Source: a virus (Duplodnaviria; Caudoviricetes). Taken from it: DNA of 32,485 bases. The position numbers were made by a program, and so were the translations under genes. Location: the IMG/VR virus record IMGVR_UViG_3300017753_000047, positions 1-32,485 of that record; one strand, written 5' to 3'. Under the pieces are notes generated by a model. It was given only the letters and a program-made list of their open reading frames with translations. It did not search any database and was not told the origin of the DNA. The stretch's first letter is position 1; every line of letters starts with the position of its first letter. Below, piece by piece: positions 17,163 through 26,795 of the stretch.

Positions 17163-20100
17163 TTAGTTCTCTATTAACACCCATCCTTGAGTTGCATTGT
17201 AATATGCCAAACCAGTACCTGCTCTTGCTATATTTATAACTAAGTCTGAAGCAGCACCTTGTATATTATGGCCATTTCTAGAAACTGTAATGTTATTTGT
17301 TCCAGCATTTCCTGTTACATCAATAATTCTTATTTCATCGCCCATAGTTGCAGATGATGGTAAGGTTATGGTCCTTGCACCACCAGAAGTATCGATGAAT
17401 AGTTTATCCCCGGCCGCTGCAGATACTGTACCACTTGGCGCTGACCAAGTATTACTTCGAGTTATTTCTGATGTAGTTTCAAATGATGCAACTTTCAATT
17501 CATCGTTAATCGCCGCTCCAGTAAGTAACCTAATAGCCTTAGTATTTGATGCAGTATAGTCATCTGAATCGTTAAGCAATAATCCATTCAGGAATACTTG
17601 TATGTTGCCCGGCTCATAACTCATAAACCGGCCGGCCACATCATTACCACTAAATACTGTTTGACCTGAGTCTGCAGTAAATTTATATAATTCTAGTTTT
17701 GAACCCGGAGCAGAGAATGCTGATACTGATACATCATCCGCAGAATCTGTTGCGGTTGTTAGTACAATGCTATTACCGGTTGAAGCTGTAAAGTCTGAAG
17801 CTTCCTGTAATAGTATACCGTTTAAGTGTACTTGCAATGATCCCGGAACATATGCCAGTGTATTACCACTTAAATCAGAACCGCTAATAGTTGTAGCAGG
17901 AGTTGCAGTAGTATATTCAAACCTTTTGACTTGAGGTGTTACGATTACACCTTTGCTATTTTTAATTGTTACAATATCAGATGAATCTGTGGCAGAGACC
18001 AATGTAAGTGTAGTTCCGGCACCATTAATTGAGTAATCATCAGAATCTCTTAGAAGTATACCGTTAAGGAATACGTCCGCATATCCTTCTGAAACATCTA
18101 AGGTTGCACCTTTATCATCAGTACCTGTTATCGAAGTAGCAGGTGCTGCTGTAGTAAATGCAAAGATATTTTCAACTAATCCACGTTGTGTTATTACTTT
18201 ACCAGCTCTTTCAAGCACTGTTACTTGATGATTGGCAGCCACACCTGATGTAAATGTTACCGCACTTGAATCAATTGTATAGTCTGTTCCACTGACCTGT
18301 AAGATACCATTAAGGAAAACATCTGTATTTCCGGATACAAGAGATAACGTATTGTTAGTATCAAATACTCTTCTTCCAGAATCTGCTCCGCCGACTGTAA
18401 ACTCTGTCCGGTCATTATTAAATTCACCCGGCTGAGTGTTAGTTACACGAGCTAATATGTAATCTGAGTCTATAAGAAGAAGTGTTCTTTCAGAATCAAG
18501 AGAGTTAGCTTCAACATAGGCTGAATCAATTGTTCCGCCAGTTGTTTGTCTTAGTTGTATATACGAAGAATCAATTAACTGAGATGTAAGAGAGGAATCA
18601 AGTGCTTCACTCTTATTGGCTAATCTTATCCAGTTACCACCATGAGCAAAGTAACCTGCGCCAGTGGCATGAACATGGGCAAACATTCCATGATATGTTG
18701 AAGCTGATGGAAGATCTGCTTCAGCACTATACACATTGGCATATTTAATTTTATTTGCACCAAAGTCGATATCGCTATCGCCGATACGAGTTTGAAGTCT
18801 TACATATGCTGAATCGATAAGCTGTATCGTAAGAGCAGAATCTACTCCACCCGCCGCGTTTGCGGTTGCAACAATAAATGCTGAATCAGCGTAGTCAACT
18901 CCGACTTTTGGTATTTGGCTAATGATCCAAGATGAATCGGCAAAATCAGTACCTGTTACCGGTATTTGACTAATGATCCAAGCAGAATCCGCAAAGTCAG
19001 TACCTGTTACAGGAATACTTGGAAGATTCGTAAGTCTATTATAACTAAGGCCAACTGCATGTAATTGGACATGAGCTGAGTCAATTAAATTAATTGTTTC
19101 AGCAGAGTCTAGTAGTAGTTGTATCGCAATACTTGAATCGATTGCGTTTGCAGTAATAAGTTTTATCGCTTCCGCGGAATCAATAAAGTGAGTGCTTAAA
19201 CCTGGGATTGTTGGAGTATTAGTCAGTCTTGTATAACTTAATCCAACTGCGTGTAAATTCACATGAGCACTATCGATTAAGTTTAGTACCGTAGCCGAGT
19301 CTGTTCCTGCTCCAGCTCTTGCAGCTACATAGGCAGAATCAACAAGATTAATTACTTCAGCAGAATCAAGACTTATATTAGAACCTCGGAAGACGTTAAT
19401 ATCAAGAACATCGCCGGAATCAGCAGCATCTGTTAGAGTTAAAGTGGTTCCATTAGTTGCAGTAAAATCACTATCAGCTAGAAGTAAGATACCGTTAAGA
19501 TATACATTTGTTCTATCAGTACTTGAATATCTGAGTACTTCTCCATTCCTGTCTGCTCCGGTAAATGCTGTTTGACCAGAATCTGCGTTATATACAAAGT
19601 GTTTTGATTGGAAGTTAGATGTTGTATTATTGCCATCCATCTTCACAATTGTAAGAATATCAGCAGAATCAGCAGCAATCGTAAGATCTACCTTCGATGC
19701 GTTATGACTGAAGTCAGCATCACTCAATAATATACCATTAAGGAATACTTGTAGCTTACCAGAATCAATTGCCAATGTTCTGCTGTTATCGTCTGCTCCT
19801 GTAAACGTTACTTGACCAGAATCCGCAGTGTAAATGAAGTTTGTTAATTCGAATGGTGCAACACCAGTACCTCTTGCTTGGACATATGCTGAATCAATTA
19901 GCTGAGAAGTTAGTGATGAATCCAATCCACCGGCATCAGCAGATAAGATAAACTTGGAAGTACCAGCATCGTATTTAAGAATTTGACCTGCTGTAGGTAC
20001 ACCATAAGTTACGTTACTTAATGATCCAACACTATCAACATCTGATTTAGCATTAATAAGAGCCAGTAATGTATCCATAGCGGAATCATCATCATTTAAG

Positions 20101-23100
20101 GCTGCAGCTATTTCATTAAGAGTGTTGAGAGTACCAGGCGCACCATCAATTAGGTTATTAATTTGAAGTGTAATCCAAGCCGAGTCAGCAAAATCTGTAC
20201 CTGTTACTGGAATGGTAGGCGTATTAGCAAGAATATTATAATCCATGCCTTTTGCTTTAAGAGCAACATGAGCGCTATCGATCAGCTGTAGTACTGCGGC
20301 CGAGTCCGTACCCGCACCGGCTCGCGCGGTGACATATGCAGAGTCAATTAGATTAATTGCACTTGCTGAATCCAATCCAATATTACTACCTATGAAAGTA
20401 TTGACATCAAGCACATCACCTGAATCTGCACCATCTACAAGAGTAACTGTCGATCCATTTGTAGCTGTGAAGTCTGTGCCACTGATAAGCATGATACCAT
20501 TGAGGTATACGTTTGTTCTATTGAAGTTGCTATAAGAAAGAACGTTACCACTAGCATCTGCACCAGTAAATACTGTTTGTCCTGAATCAGCATTGTAGAT
20601 AAAGTGTTTCTGTTGGAATCCACTAACTCCAGAGTTACCACCTATCTTTACAACTGTTAGAATGTCTGCAGAGTCAGCGCCTATAGTTAGATCTACCTTA
20701 GTAGAATTATGGCTAAAGTCACTATCACTGAGTAATATACCGTTGAGGAATACTTGTAGCTTACCCGAGTCAACTGCTAGTACTGCACCATTTCTATCTG
20801 CACCAGTAAATGATGTTTGTCCAGAATCTGCAGCGTATATAAAGTTAGTAAGTATAAGAGGAGATACAGCTGTTACACTTTGCCTTGCTTGAACATGAGC
20901 AGAATCAATTAATGATATGGTAGCCGCAGAGTCAACACCACTGGCGCCACCGCCACCACCGGTAATATCGGTAAGTAATGCTATCGTACCACTTGAATCC
21001 GGTAAGCTAATTGTGTTATCTTTTGTAGGATTAACTGCCTGAACTTTTGTTTCATGAGCATTTGCCGAATCACCTTCGAACGCAACACTCGTAATACTGT
21101 TGATGTTTTGATCTAACGCTAATGTTACATTATTGGCGGCTATACCAGCATTGATTTGACCGGTAGTTCCTAAGAACGTTAATGTTTCGGAAGCAGTATT
21201 AAACGTATGTGAACCGGTATTAGCAGCAAGTGCAAATGTTCCACCACCAGTTGCTTGTCGTAATTGAATATATGCTGAATCTACTAACTGCGAGGTTAAA
21301 GCAGAATCTAATCCACTGGCGGATTGTCTTAACTGAACATATGAAGAATCGATTAACTGAGTGGTTAAAGCGGAGTCAAGGAAGTTAGCTACAATCCAAG
21401 CAGAATCGGCAAAGTCGGTACCAGTCTTTGGCATAAGAGAAGTGATCACTGCCGAGTCAATAAGCTGACCTCGTGCTTGAGTATTGACAGCGTTACCCAT
21501 ATATCCATGAGCAGAACACTGATAATGTAATACCGGAGGAGTTGCATCAGTGATAGTGATTTCAGTGTATGTTGCTGTAGAAGTTACGTTGGTTGTATAA
21601 GCAGTCAACTTTGCCGCATCTAGATAAAATCTAAATGGGTGACTAGTCATACTGCTAGAACTTAAAGTAAACCTATATGTGTTACCCGGTGATAGTAATA
21701 AGAAAGGAGATTCTTTACCATCAATCCAATAAGCTAAGCTAGATCCTGTGCTAGTATATCTATGTTGATCTGTTTTTGAATCAACAATAACTGATAGATT
21801 TACTGTACCAGAAGATGTGAATCCAATATAATCAACACTATCTAAATGAGCAATATTAAATTCATTTGCACTTAAAGTTGTGAAAGCACCTGTAGACTTT
21901 GAGTTTACACCAATTGCTGTGCTATCAATGGTGCCGCCATTAATATCTACTGTAGCGAATGTGCTTGTTCCTGTTGATACTACGTTACCACTTAAGTTAG
22001 CAGTAATAGTACCTGCATTAAGATTTGCTAGAGCCCAATCTGTTCCACCAACTTGGATAGTGTTATCAGTTGAATCGAGACCGTCTTGTACTAAATCATT
22101 AAATAAGTAATATTGAGAATTAGTTGCGTCTCTTACGAGACCGGTGTGCCTACTCGGTCCATTAGCACTCTCTGCATAATGACCAACAAAACCTATATCA
22201 AATATGTCACTAACACTTTGACTATCTGCAAGGTGAATAAGTGGATCTTTGATTCTTAAGTTATCTGAGTGAACTGTGGTTGTTGTTCCTGTTACAGTAA
22301 GACCTGCGAATGTTACAGAATCTGTAGTACGTAGTCCTTGATTCGATACACGTAATTGAGTATAAGCAGAATCAACTAGTTGTGTGATAAGACTCGAGTC
22401 AAGACCAACATCAGTTTGTCTTAGTTGAATATAGGAGGAATCGATTAACTGTGTTGTTAAAGCAGAATCCAATCCACCAGAACCAACACTAGATTGTCTT
22501 AACTGAATGTATGCAGAATCAATTAGTTGACTCGCTAAGGCAGAATCTAGACCAGTAGCATCTGTATTATCTAAGATGACAATATTGCCAACCATGCCAG
22601 AATGACTAGTGCATTGGTAAACTAACGAAGTTGGAGCATTCATGTCTGGAGTAAAGAGAATACTTCCAGTTTGAGCACCGTTATTAGTTACACCTGTGCT
22701 ATATGCTGAACCACCATCTGAAACTCTAATTTGGAATGGATGACCAGATACAGCCATGGCAAACTTATATGTTTTACCACGTGTAAGATATAAGGTAGGA
22801 TTATTACTACTTGATGAAAAGCCATCACCATTGAATGTATAAGCAGAAGAACCACTGTGTGTAACGTTAAAAACAGATTCAGGTGGCCTTCTTAATTCTA
22901 TATAGTCAGAATCAATTAACTGAGTAGTCAGTGCAGAATCAAGTCCACCAGTGCCGCCACTGGATTGTCTCAATTGAACATAAGATGAATCAACGAGTTG
23001 AGAGATTAGACTCGAGTCTAGAATATTTGGTGTGTTTGTAAAATTATTATAATCTAAATAATAGGAACCAGCTTGGCTTTGTAATTGAGTGGCGTTTATA

Positions 23101-23357
23101 CCTAATGCATCAACAAATGCTTTATCTACTGTGGCTGTAACGATACTTACTACTTCAGCTGAGTCAGTACTTAGTTGTTGTAATGCAGAAGTTAGAATAT
23201 CAGAATCAATAAAGTTCTTGATTTCATTGCTGCTATTTTTATAATAGATACGACCGTCGGCAAAGTTAATTGCCAATTCACCGTATTCTAAATCACTCAC
23301 GCCAGGTGCATTTGCAGATACGGAAGATCTTTTAAGTAGTACTTTTGGTGTAGCCAT
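17163..23357 (-). CDS. Giant repeat-rich tail fibre / virion structural protein (2064 aa)
   Basis: N-terminal LKRS....P....L.YGELAIN.ADG fibre-anchor motif. Two HPF...YQC..H..M cupredoxin-like domains. APGTLNTLNEIAAAL fibre motif. Eight V(F/Y/H)LNG(I/L) repeats. C-terminal DTSGG..TITLP...GD.I.IID...NNITV.RNG..I.G domain. Late promoter upstream. Confidence 0.88.
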   Translation of the reverse strand: MATPKVLLKRSSVSANAPGVSDLEYGELAINFADGRIYYKNSSNEIKNFIDSDILTSALQQLSTDSAEVVSIVTATVDKAFVDALGINATQLQSQAGSYYLDYNNFTNTPNILDSSLISQLVDSSYVQLRQSSGGTGGLDSALTTQLIDSDYIELRRPPESVFNVTHSGSSAYTFNGDGFSSSSNNPTLYLTRGKTYKFAMAVSGHPFQIRVSDGGSAYSTGVTNNGAQTGSILFTPDMNAPTSLVYQCTSHSGMVGNIVILDNTDATGLDSALASQLIDSAYIQLRQSSVGSGGLDSALTTQLIDSSYIQLRQTDVGLDSSLITQLVDSAYTQLRVSNQGLRTTDSVTFAGLTVTGTTTTVHSDNLRIKDPLIHLADSQSVSDIFDIGFVGHYAESANGPSRHTGLVRDATNSQYYLFNDLVQDGLDSTDNTIQVGGTDWALANLNAGTITANLSGNVVSTGTSTFATVDINGGTIDSTAIGVNSKSTGAFTTLSANEFNIAHLDSVDYIGFTSSGTVNLSVIVDSKTDQHRYTSTGSSLAYWIDGKESPFLLLSPGNTYRFTLSSSSMTSHPFRFYLDAAKLTAYTTNVTSTATYTEITITDATPPVLHYQCSAHGYMGNAVNTQARGQLIDSAVITSLMPKTGTDFADSAWIVANFLDSALTTQLIDSSYVQLRQSASGLDSALTSQLVDSAYIQLRQATGGGTFALAANTGSHTFNTASETLTFLGTTGQINAGIAANNVTLALDQNINSITSVAFEGDSANAHETKVQAVNPTKDNTISLPDSSGTIALLTDITGGGGGASGVDSAATISLIDSAHVQARQSVTAVSPLILTNFIYAADSGQTSFTGADRNGAVLAVDSGKLQVFLNGILLSDSDFSHNSTKVDLTIGADSADILTVVKIGGNSGVSGFQQKHFIYNADSGQTVFTGADASGNVLSYSNFNRTNVYLNGIMLISGTDFTATNGSTVTLVDGADSGDVLDVNTFIGSNIGLDSASAINLIDSAYVTARAGAGTDSAAVLQLIDSAHVALKAKGMDYNILANTPTIPVTGTDFADSAWITLQINNLIDGAPGTLNTLNEIAAALNDDDSAMDTLLALINAKSDVDSVGSLSNVTYGVPTAGQILKYDAGTSKFILSADAGGLDSSLTSQLIDSAYVQARGTGVAPFELTNFIYTADSGQVTFTGADDNSRTLAIDSGKLQVFLNGILLSDADFSHNASKVDLTIAADSADILTIVKMDGNNTTSNFQSKHFVYNADSGQTAFTGADRNGEVLRYSSTDRTNVYLNGILLLADSDFTATNGTTLTLTDAADSGDVLDINVFRGSNISLDSAEVINLVDSAYVAARAGAGTDSATVLNLIDSAHVNLHAVGLSYTRLTNTPTIPGLSTHFIDSAEAIKLITANAIDSSIAIQLLLDSAETINLIDSAHVQLHAVGLSYNRLTNLPSIPVTGTDFADSAWIISQIPVTGTDFADSSWIISQIPKVGVDYADSAFIVATANAAGGVDSALTIQLIDSAYVRLQTRIGDSDIDFGANKIKYANVYSAEADLPSASTYHGMFAHVHATGAGYFAHGGNWIRLANKSEALDSSLTSQLIDSSYIQLRQTTGGTIDSAYVEANSLDSERTLLLIDSDYILARVTNTQPGEFNNDRTEFTVGGADSGRRVFDTNNTLSLVSGNTDVFLNGILQVSGTDYTIDSSAVTFTSGVAANHQVTVLERAGKVITQRGLVENIFAFTTAAPATSITGTDDKGATLDVSEGYADVFLNGILLRDSDDYSINGAGTTLTLVSATDSSDIVTIKNSKGVIVTPQVKRFEYTTATPATTISGSDLSGNTLAYVPGSLQVHLNGILLQEASDFTASTGNSIVLTTATDSADDVSVSAFSAPGSKLELYKFTADSGQTVFSGNDVAGRFMSYEPGNIQVFLNGLLLNDSDDYTASNTKAIRLLTGAAINDELKVASFETTSEITRSNTWSAPSGTVSAAAGDKLFIDTSGGARTITLPSSATMGDEIRIIDVTGNAGTNNITVSRNGHNIQGAASDLVINIARAGTGLAYYNATQGWVLIEN
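17231..17238 (-). promoter_or_regulatory. T4-type late promoter for the propeller gene cluster
   Basis: TATAAATA about 70 nt upstream of the ATG at 17161. Confidence 0.55.
18864..19016 (-). repeat. Three tandem 51-nt (17-aa) repeats, IPVTGTDFADS(A/S)WIISQ, the third degenerate
   Basis: Visible in DNA and protein. Two further dispersed copies near 20190 and 21410. Confidence 0.85.
19200..20850 (-). repeat. Internal ~650-nt duplication in the giant fibre (approx. 20205-20850 and 19200-19857)
   Basis: LTNFIY.ADSGQ...DSGKLQVFLNGILLSD.DFSHN..KVDLTI.ADSADILT...KHF.YNADSGQ...RAGAGTDSA...NTPTIP occurs twice. Confidence 0.88.
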
Positions 23358-23377
23358 GTTTATTTCCTAATAAGGAC

Positions 23378-23385
23378 TATTTATA
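23378..23385 (-). promoter_or_regulatory. T4-type late promoter (gp55-dependent)
   Basis: Exact TATAAATA in the intergenic gap, 20 nt upstream of the giant fibre ATG. Confidence 0.85.
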
Positions 23386-23387
23386 AG

Positions 23388-24992
23388 TTAATACGTTCCG
23401 CAATCAATAGTACGGATTTCGACTTGACCCGATGTTACCACGAAGTCAACTGAGTCGAATGCAGCTACTCCTTTGTTTGTTTGAGTTGCGATTTCAGCGG
23501 AAAGTGTAAGAACACCGGTTCCGTCATTATATGCAGCATCTAAGCCTTCAGCTGCAGATAACAATGCCGCAACTCGATCGTCAACTCTTTCGTTTGTAAA
23601 GTAAAGATTAGAACCTTCTGGTAATTGACCAGTATTTGCTAGTCCTAAATCTGAATCAAAGTTTGCTTTTGTATAAAGTGTTTCTACGTCAACACTAAAT
23701 TGTCCACTGCTTGCATCATATGTAAGATCTCCGCCAGCACTAAAGTGTGCTCTGGTTTCTGCTGCACTTGGACCTGTGTATGATAAGACTCCGGTAGAGT
23801 TATTATATGCTACGCTTCCGTCACCACTTACATTATTTGCACTGATTGCTGCTCTTGCCCGAGCATCTGTGAAATATAGATTTGTTGACCCTTCTGATAA
23901 ACTATCAGTAGAAGCTGCAGCAAATGATGCATCAAAATCTGAATCTGCTCTTGCAGTCGTATAGTATAGGTTTGTACCTTCACTTAAATCGCTTGTACTT
24001 TTAGCAGAAAAGTCAGAATCAAATCCGCTATAAACACCGGTAAGTGTTACGGCAACTAAAGCACCATCAATACTTAAATTAGGTGCAACGATCTTTTTAT
24101 TAAAGTCAAATGTATCAGTCGACTGAGTGTAGACCATCGTGGCATTGGCACCATCGATTGTAATACCTGCACCGTCAGCTGCCGCAGCGTTTTCAGCCCC
24201 GGAGGCTAATACAATATTCTTATCATCAATCGTAAGTGTAGTACTGTTTAAGGTTGTAGTAGTACCGTCAACCTGTAAGTTACCAGCAACAACAACTGTA
24301 CCACTATTATCACCAATCGTGGCAGGATCAAGTATTAGATTGCCTGAAGTAGTTCCAACAGTCTGACCATCGAGTTTAATATTATCAACAGTTAGTTCTG
24401 TAAAATTATTATTCTGAGCTGAGTCGAGTGAAACAGTAATTTGTGGACCACCAGCAAGATCAACTCTCTGAGTGTTTATACCTTGGCCACCTTTAATAAA
24501 TATATTTTCACCAGTTACAATTTGTCCTGTGCCCGACGGATTTGTATCACCACTAGCAGTGGCTATTACTTTTGTGTCAATGTAATTTTTAGTAGCAGCG
24601 TCTTGTGCGGAAGCAGGATCGGTGACATTAGTTATCTTATTACTGTTTACGGATAAATTACCGGCCGGACTAATAGTAATATCACCGGATGTATTCGACA
24701 TTTGAGATGCATCAAGTGTTAGATCATCAACTTTAAGTATATCGATCTTACTATTTGCATCTGTAATAATAACACTTGAAGGTTTAACCGTACCTCCCGG
24801 ATGATCCAACATGTCGGTAAAATATTTACCACCGATTATATCTACACCACCGGCAGCATTACCTATACCGAGTCGATCACCGCCATCACTATCACCAGTT
24901 ACTAACGAATACGCGAGTTCACCTTGTTTAACTGCGCTATCTGGTATAACCTTAGTAGTAGTACTATGCTTAATTTGAAAATTTACTGCCAC
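23388..24992 (-). CDS. Tail fibre-like structural protein (534 aa)
   Basis: N-terminal QIK.S...P.....GELAY and IGGKYFT. KITNV.DP...QDAATKNY motif. GNLQVDGTTTT.NST...IDDKNI.L. Three L(S/P)EG.NLY(Y/F)T..R repeats. C-terminal IDCGTY. Confidence 0.85.
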   Translation of the reverse strand: MAVNFQIKHSTTTKVIPDSAVKQGELAYSLVTGDSDGGDRLGIGNAAGGVDIIGGKYFTDMLDHPGGTVKPSSVIITDANSKIDILKVDDLTLDASQMSNTSGDITISPAGNLSVNSNKITNVTDPASAQDAATKNYIDTKVIATASGDTNPSGTGQIVTGENIFIKGGQGINTQRVDLAGGPQITVSLDSAQNNNFTELTVDNIKLDGQTVGTTSGNLILDPATIGDNSGTVVVAGNLQVDGTTTTLNSTTLTIDDKNIVLASGAENAAAADGAGITIDGANATMVYTQSTDTFDFNKKIVAPNLSIDGALVAVTLTGVYSGFDSDFSAKSTSDLSEGTNLYYTTARADSDFDASFAAASTDSLSEGSTNLYFTDARARAAISANNVSGDGSVAYNNSTGVLSYTGPSAAETRAHFSAGGDLTYDASSGQFSVDVETLYTKANFDSDLGLANTGQLPEGSNLYFTNERVDDRVAALLSAAEGLDAAYNDGTGVLTLSAEIATQTNKGVAAFDSVDFVVTSGQVEIRTIDCGTY

Positions 24993-25189
24993 TAGAATGT
25001 ACCTCCACTAACGAGAGCAACATTCTTCCACTTTCCAGATGCTGCATCATATTGCAGCAAGTCACCATCTGCTAGACCAGTGAAATTAACGTCTGTTAAA
25101 TCATTCAGAGTTTGCGCTTGTGCACCGACAACTTTAGCAATCGGTACACCGACTGTAATTTTTTTAACGATTGTTTGTTGTGATGCCAT
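24992..25189 (-). CDS. Small structural/fibre-associated protein (65 aa)
   Basis: L.DLTDV......GDLLQYD...GKW.N fibre repeat and C-terminal SGGTF. Confidence 0.75.
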   Translation of the reverse strand: MASQQTIVKKITVGVPIAKVVGAQAQTLNDLTDVNFTGLADGDLLQYDAASGKWKNVALVSGGTF

Positions 25190-25197
25190 GTTTCTGC

Positions 25198-25545
25198 CTA
25201 TGTAACGTTAGGATGTACTCTTATTTTTCCTTCGAGAACTCTTTCAATAATAGTATTACTCGCACTATCTTGGAAAGATATTTCAACATCATATACGTAT
25301 GTACCAACTTTTAAAGCTGATGTTTGAGCATTAGTAAGCGACAACGTAAGAGTGCCATCAGTTGCATCTGTTATCGCTGCGGAGAATGTGGTGGTGTCTG
25401 AGGAGTCTGAATTGAAAGTGCGCTTCATTTTAGCAGCTGCACTGAAATTAGTGAGGTCTTTTTTGTTATTATTCTGATCAACTAGATCTAGTTGAATCGC
25501 AATATCCGACCCTTGGTCGATATCGAACTTTTCGTACTCTGCCAT
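25198..25545 (-). CDS. BppU-N-like baseplate/fibre adaptor protein
   Basis: IDQGSD, DLT..SAAAKM, G.LTLSLT..QT..LK.G.YVYDVEI, RVLEG.I.V.P.VT. Family call from motif recall. Confidence 0.75.
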   Translation of the reverse strand: MAEYEKFDIDQGSDIAIQLDLVDQNNNKKDLTNFSAAAKMKRTFNSDSSDTTTFSAAITDATDGTLTLSLTNAQTSALKVGTYVYDVEISFQDSASNTIIERVLEGKIRVHPNVT

Positions 25546-25587
25546 TTTACCACTCGATACTAAGTAACTCGAACATATTCTTAATTG

Positions 25588-25595
25588 TATTTATA
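25588..25595 (-). promoter_or_regulatory. T4-type late promoter
   Basis: Exact TATAAATA in the intergenic gap upstream of 25545. Confidence 0.8.
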
Positions 25596-25611
25596 AAAAA
25601 AGTGGTTTATA

Positions 25612-26286
25612 CTAGCTGTTATGCGGTGGTTTATTATGTGCTTTAGTGAAATGAATTAGTTTTATGTCAGGATGCCAGTCACCTAGCCATACGTATTTAT
25701 TGCCAGAAGCCTCTTGATACTTTTTTGTAATAGCATATTGCCACTCTGTGTAGGTTCTATCGGTATCTTCGTATTTAGATTTCCACCGAGTAAACCAGCT
25801 TTTAGGCATGAGTTTTATATCCAGTTTTTTCTTTACTTGGTCAAAAACAAAATATTGTTCACCATTAACAGGACCAGTGGTAAAACCATTTTTTATATAA
25901 TACTCCTGCCAGTAATCTACATTTGACATAAACTCATCGTATATGTACCTGCATTCTTTAGGGTAATACTTAAAAAATCCTCCGTTGATTGTATATTCAG
26001 TATCGCTAACTCTCCACCACTCAGGCATTGCAATGAACTGGCCCGGCTCAATAGGGTACTCAAATATTTGTTTATAATCGTTTGTGAGAAGTACGTCGAT
26101 GTCCATTACACATATTGGTTCATCAACATCGAGAGACATGCCATACATTTTATTCCACTGTAAAGCTACGTCTTCACGTATTGGTTTTCTTATCCAAATA
26201 ATTTCATAGTCGTGTAATTTAGATTTAATATAATCTTCGTATTCAGGACCGTACCTATCGCCGATCCTAACCGCAACCACGATCAT
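25612..26286 (-). CDS. GT-A fold (GT8-like) nucleotide-sugar glycosyltransferase
   Basis: G.RYGPEY, WNKM, DxD motif after a hydrophobic strand (ICVMDIDVLL), INGGFF, GEQ, IHFT...KP. Confidence 0.78.
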   Translation of the reverse strand: MIVVAVRIGDRYGPEYEDYIKSKLHDYEIIWIRKPIREDVALQWNKMYGMSLDVDEPICVMDIDVLLTNDYKQIFEYPIEPGQFIAMPEWWRVSDTEYTINGGFFKYYPKECRYIYDEFMSNVDYWQEYYIKNGFTTGPVNGEQYFVFDQVKKKLDIKLMPKSWFTRWKSKYEDTDRTYTEWQYAITKKYQEASGNKYVWLGDWHPDIKLIHFTKAHNKPPHNS

Positions 26287-26301
26287 AATATAAAAACCTG
26301 T

Positions 26302-26784
26302 TTATGTTTTGAATTTTGTAAATGCTATTATGGCATCATTGAAAGTAGTTGCTGCTCTTAGTGCTGCTTTTTTCGTATCGTCACTGGAATTTTTTACAAG
26401 ATCTTTTTCAAATAACTTCAGCTGTAGTTTAGATAAAGATGTATCATCCGTTTCTGCAGAATCCAATAACATCAATTCTGCGAGCTCACAAAGTTTTTCT
26501 TCATCATATTTTCCACCGGTGGTTATATCATCCCATAGACCATCACGCTTTGCAATATCAATAACAGTTTTTTCAAAATCAGATCGTAGTTCTCTGTTCC
26601 TATTTACAGTTCTTTCATCTATCCAATCAAGAGTTACGTTAGACTGACTAAGAAGATTTTCCCAATCGGATTGTCCGGACTGAGCTATTATTACTTCCTC
26701 TTTTACTTTTTTATTGTCATCTTCCCATAAGGCAATAACAACTTTCCTTGATCGGTCAGTGTAATAAGCGTCTATAACTTTCAT
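26302..26784 (-). CDS. Hypothetical protein (160 aa, charged, helical)
   Basis: SD AGGAG, in-operon ORF. No recognised motif. Confidence 0.8.
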   Translation of the reverse strand: MKVIDAYYTDRSRKVVIALWEDDNKKVKEEVIIAQSGQSDWENLLSQSNVTLDWIDERTVNRNRELRSDFEKTVIDIAKRDGLWDDITTGGKYDEEKLCELAELMLLDSAETDDTSLSKLQLKLFEKDLVKNSSDDTKKAALRAATTFNDAIIAFTKFKT

Positions 26785-26795
26785 AATCTTAACTC

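Noticed and set aside
9760-23357. Diversity-generating retroelement or CRISPR explanation for the repeats
   Set aside because: No reverse transcriptase, no template/variable repeat pair differing only at adenines, and no repeat-spacer array. The repeats are in-frame coding and differ at synonymous sites.
25596-25615. T-run after the glycosyltransferase stop as a rho-independent terminator
   Set aside because: No convincing GC-rich stem precedes the T-run, which runs straight into the late promoter.
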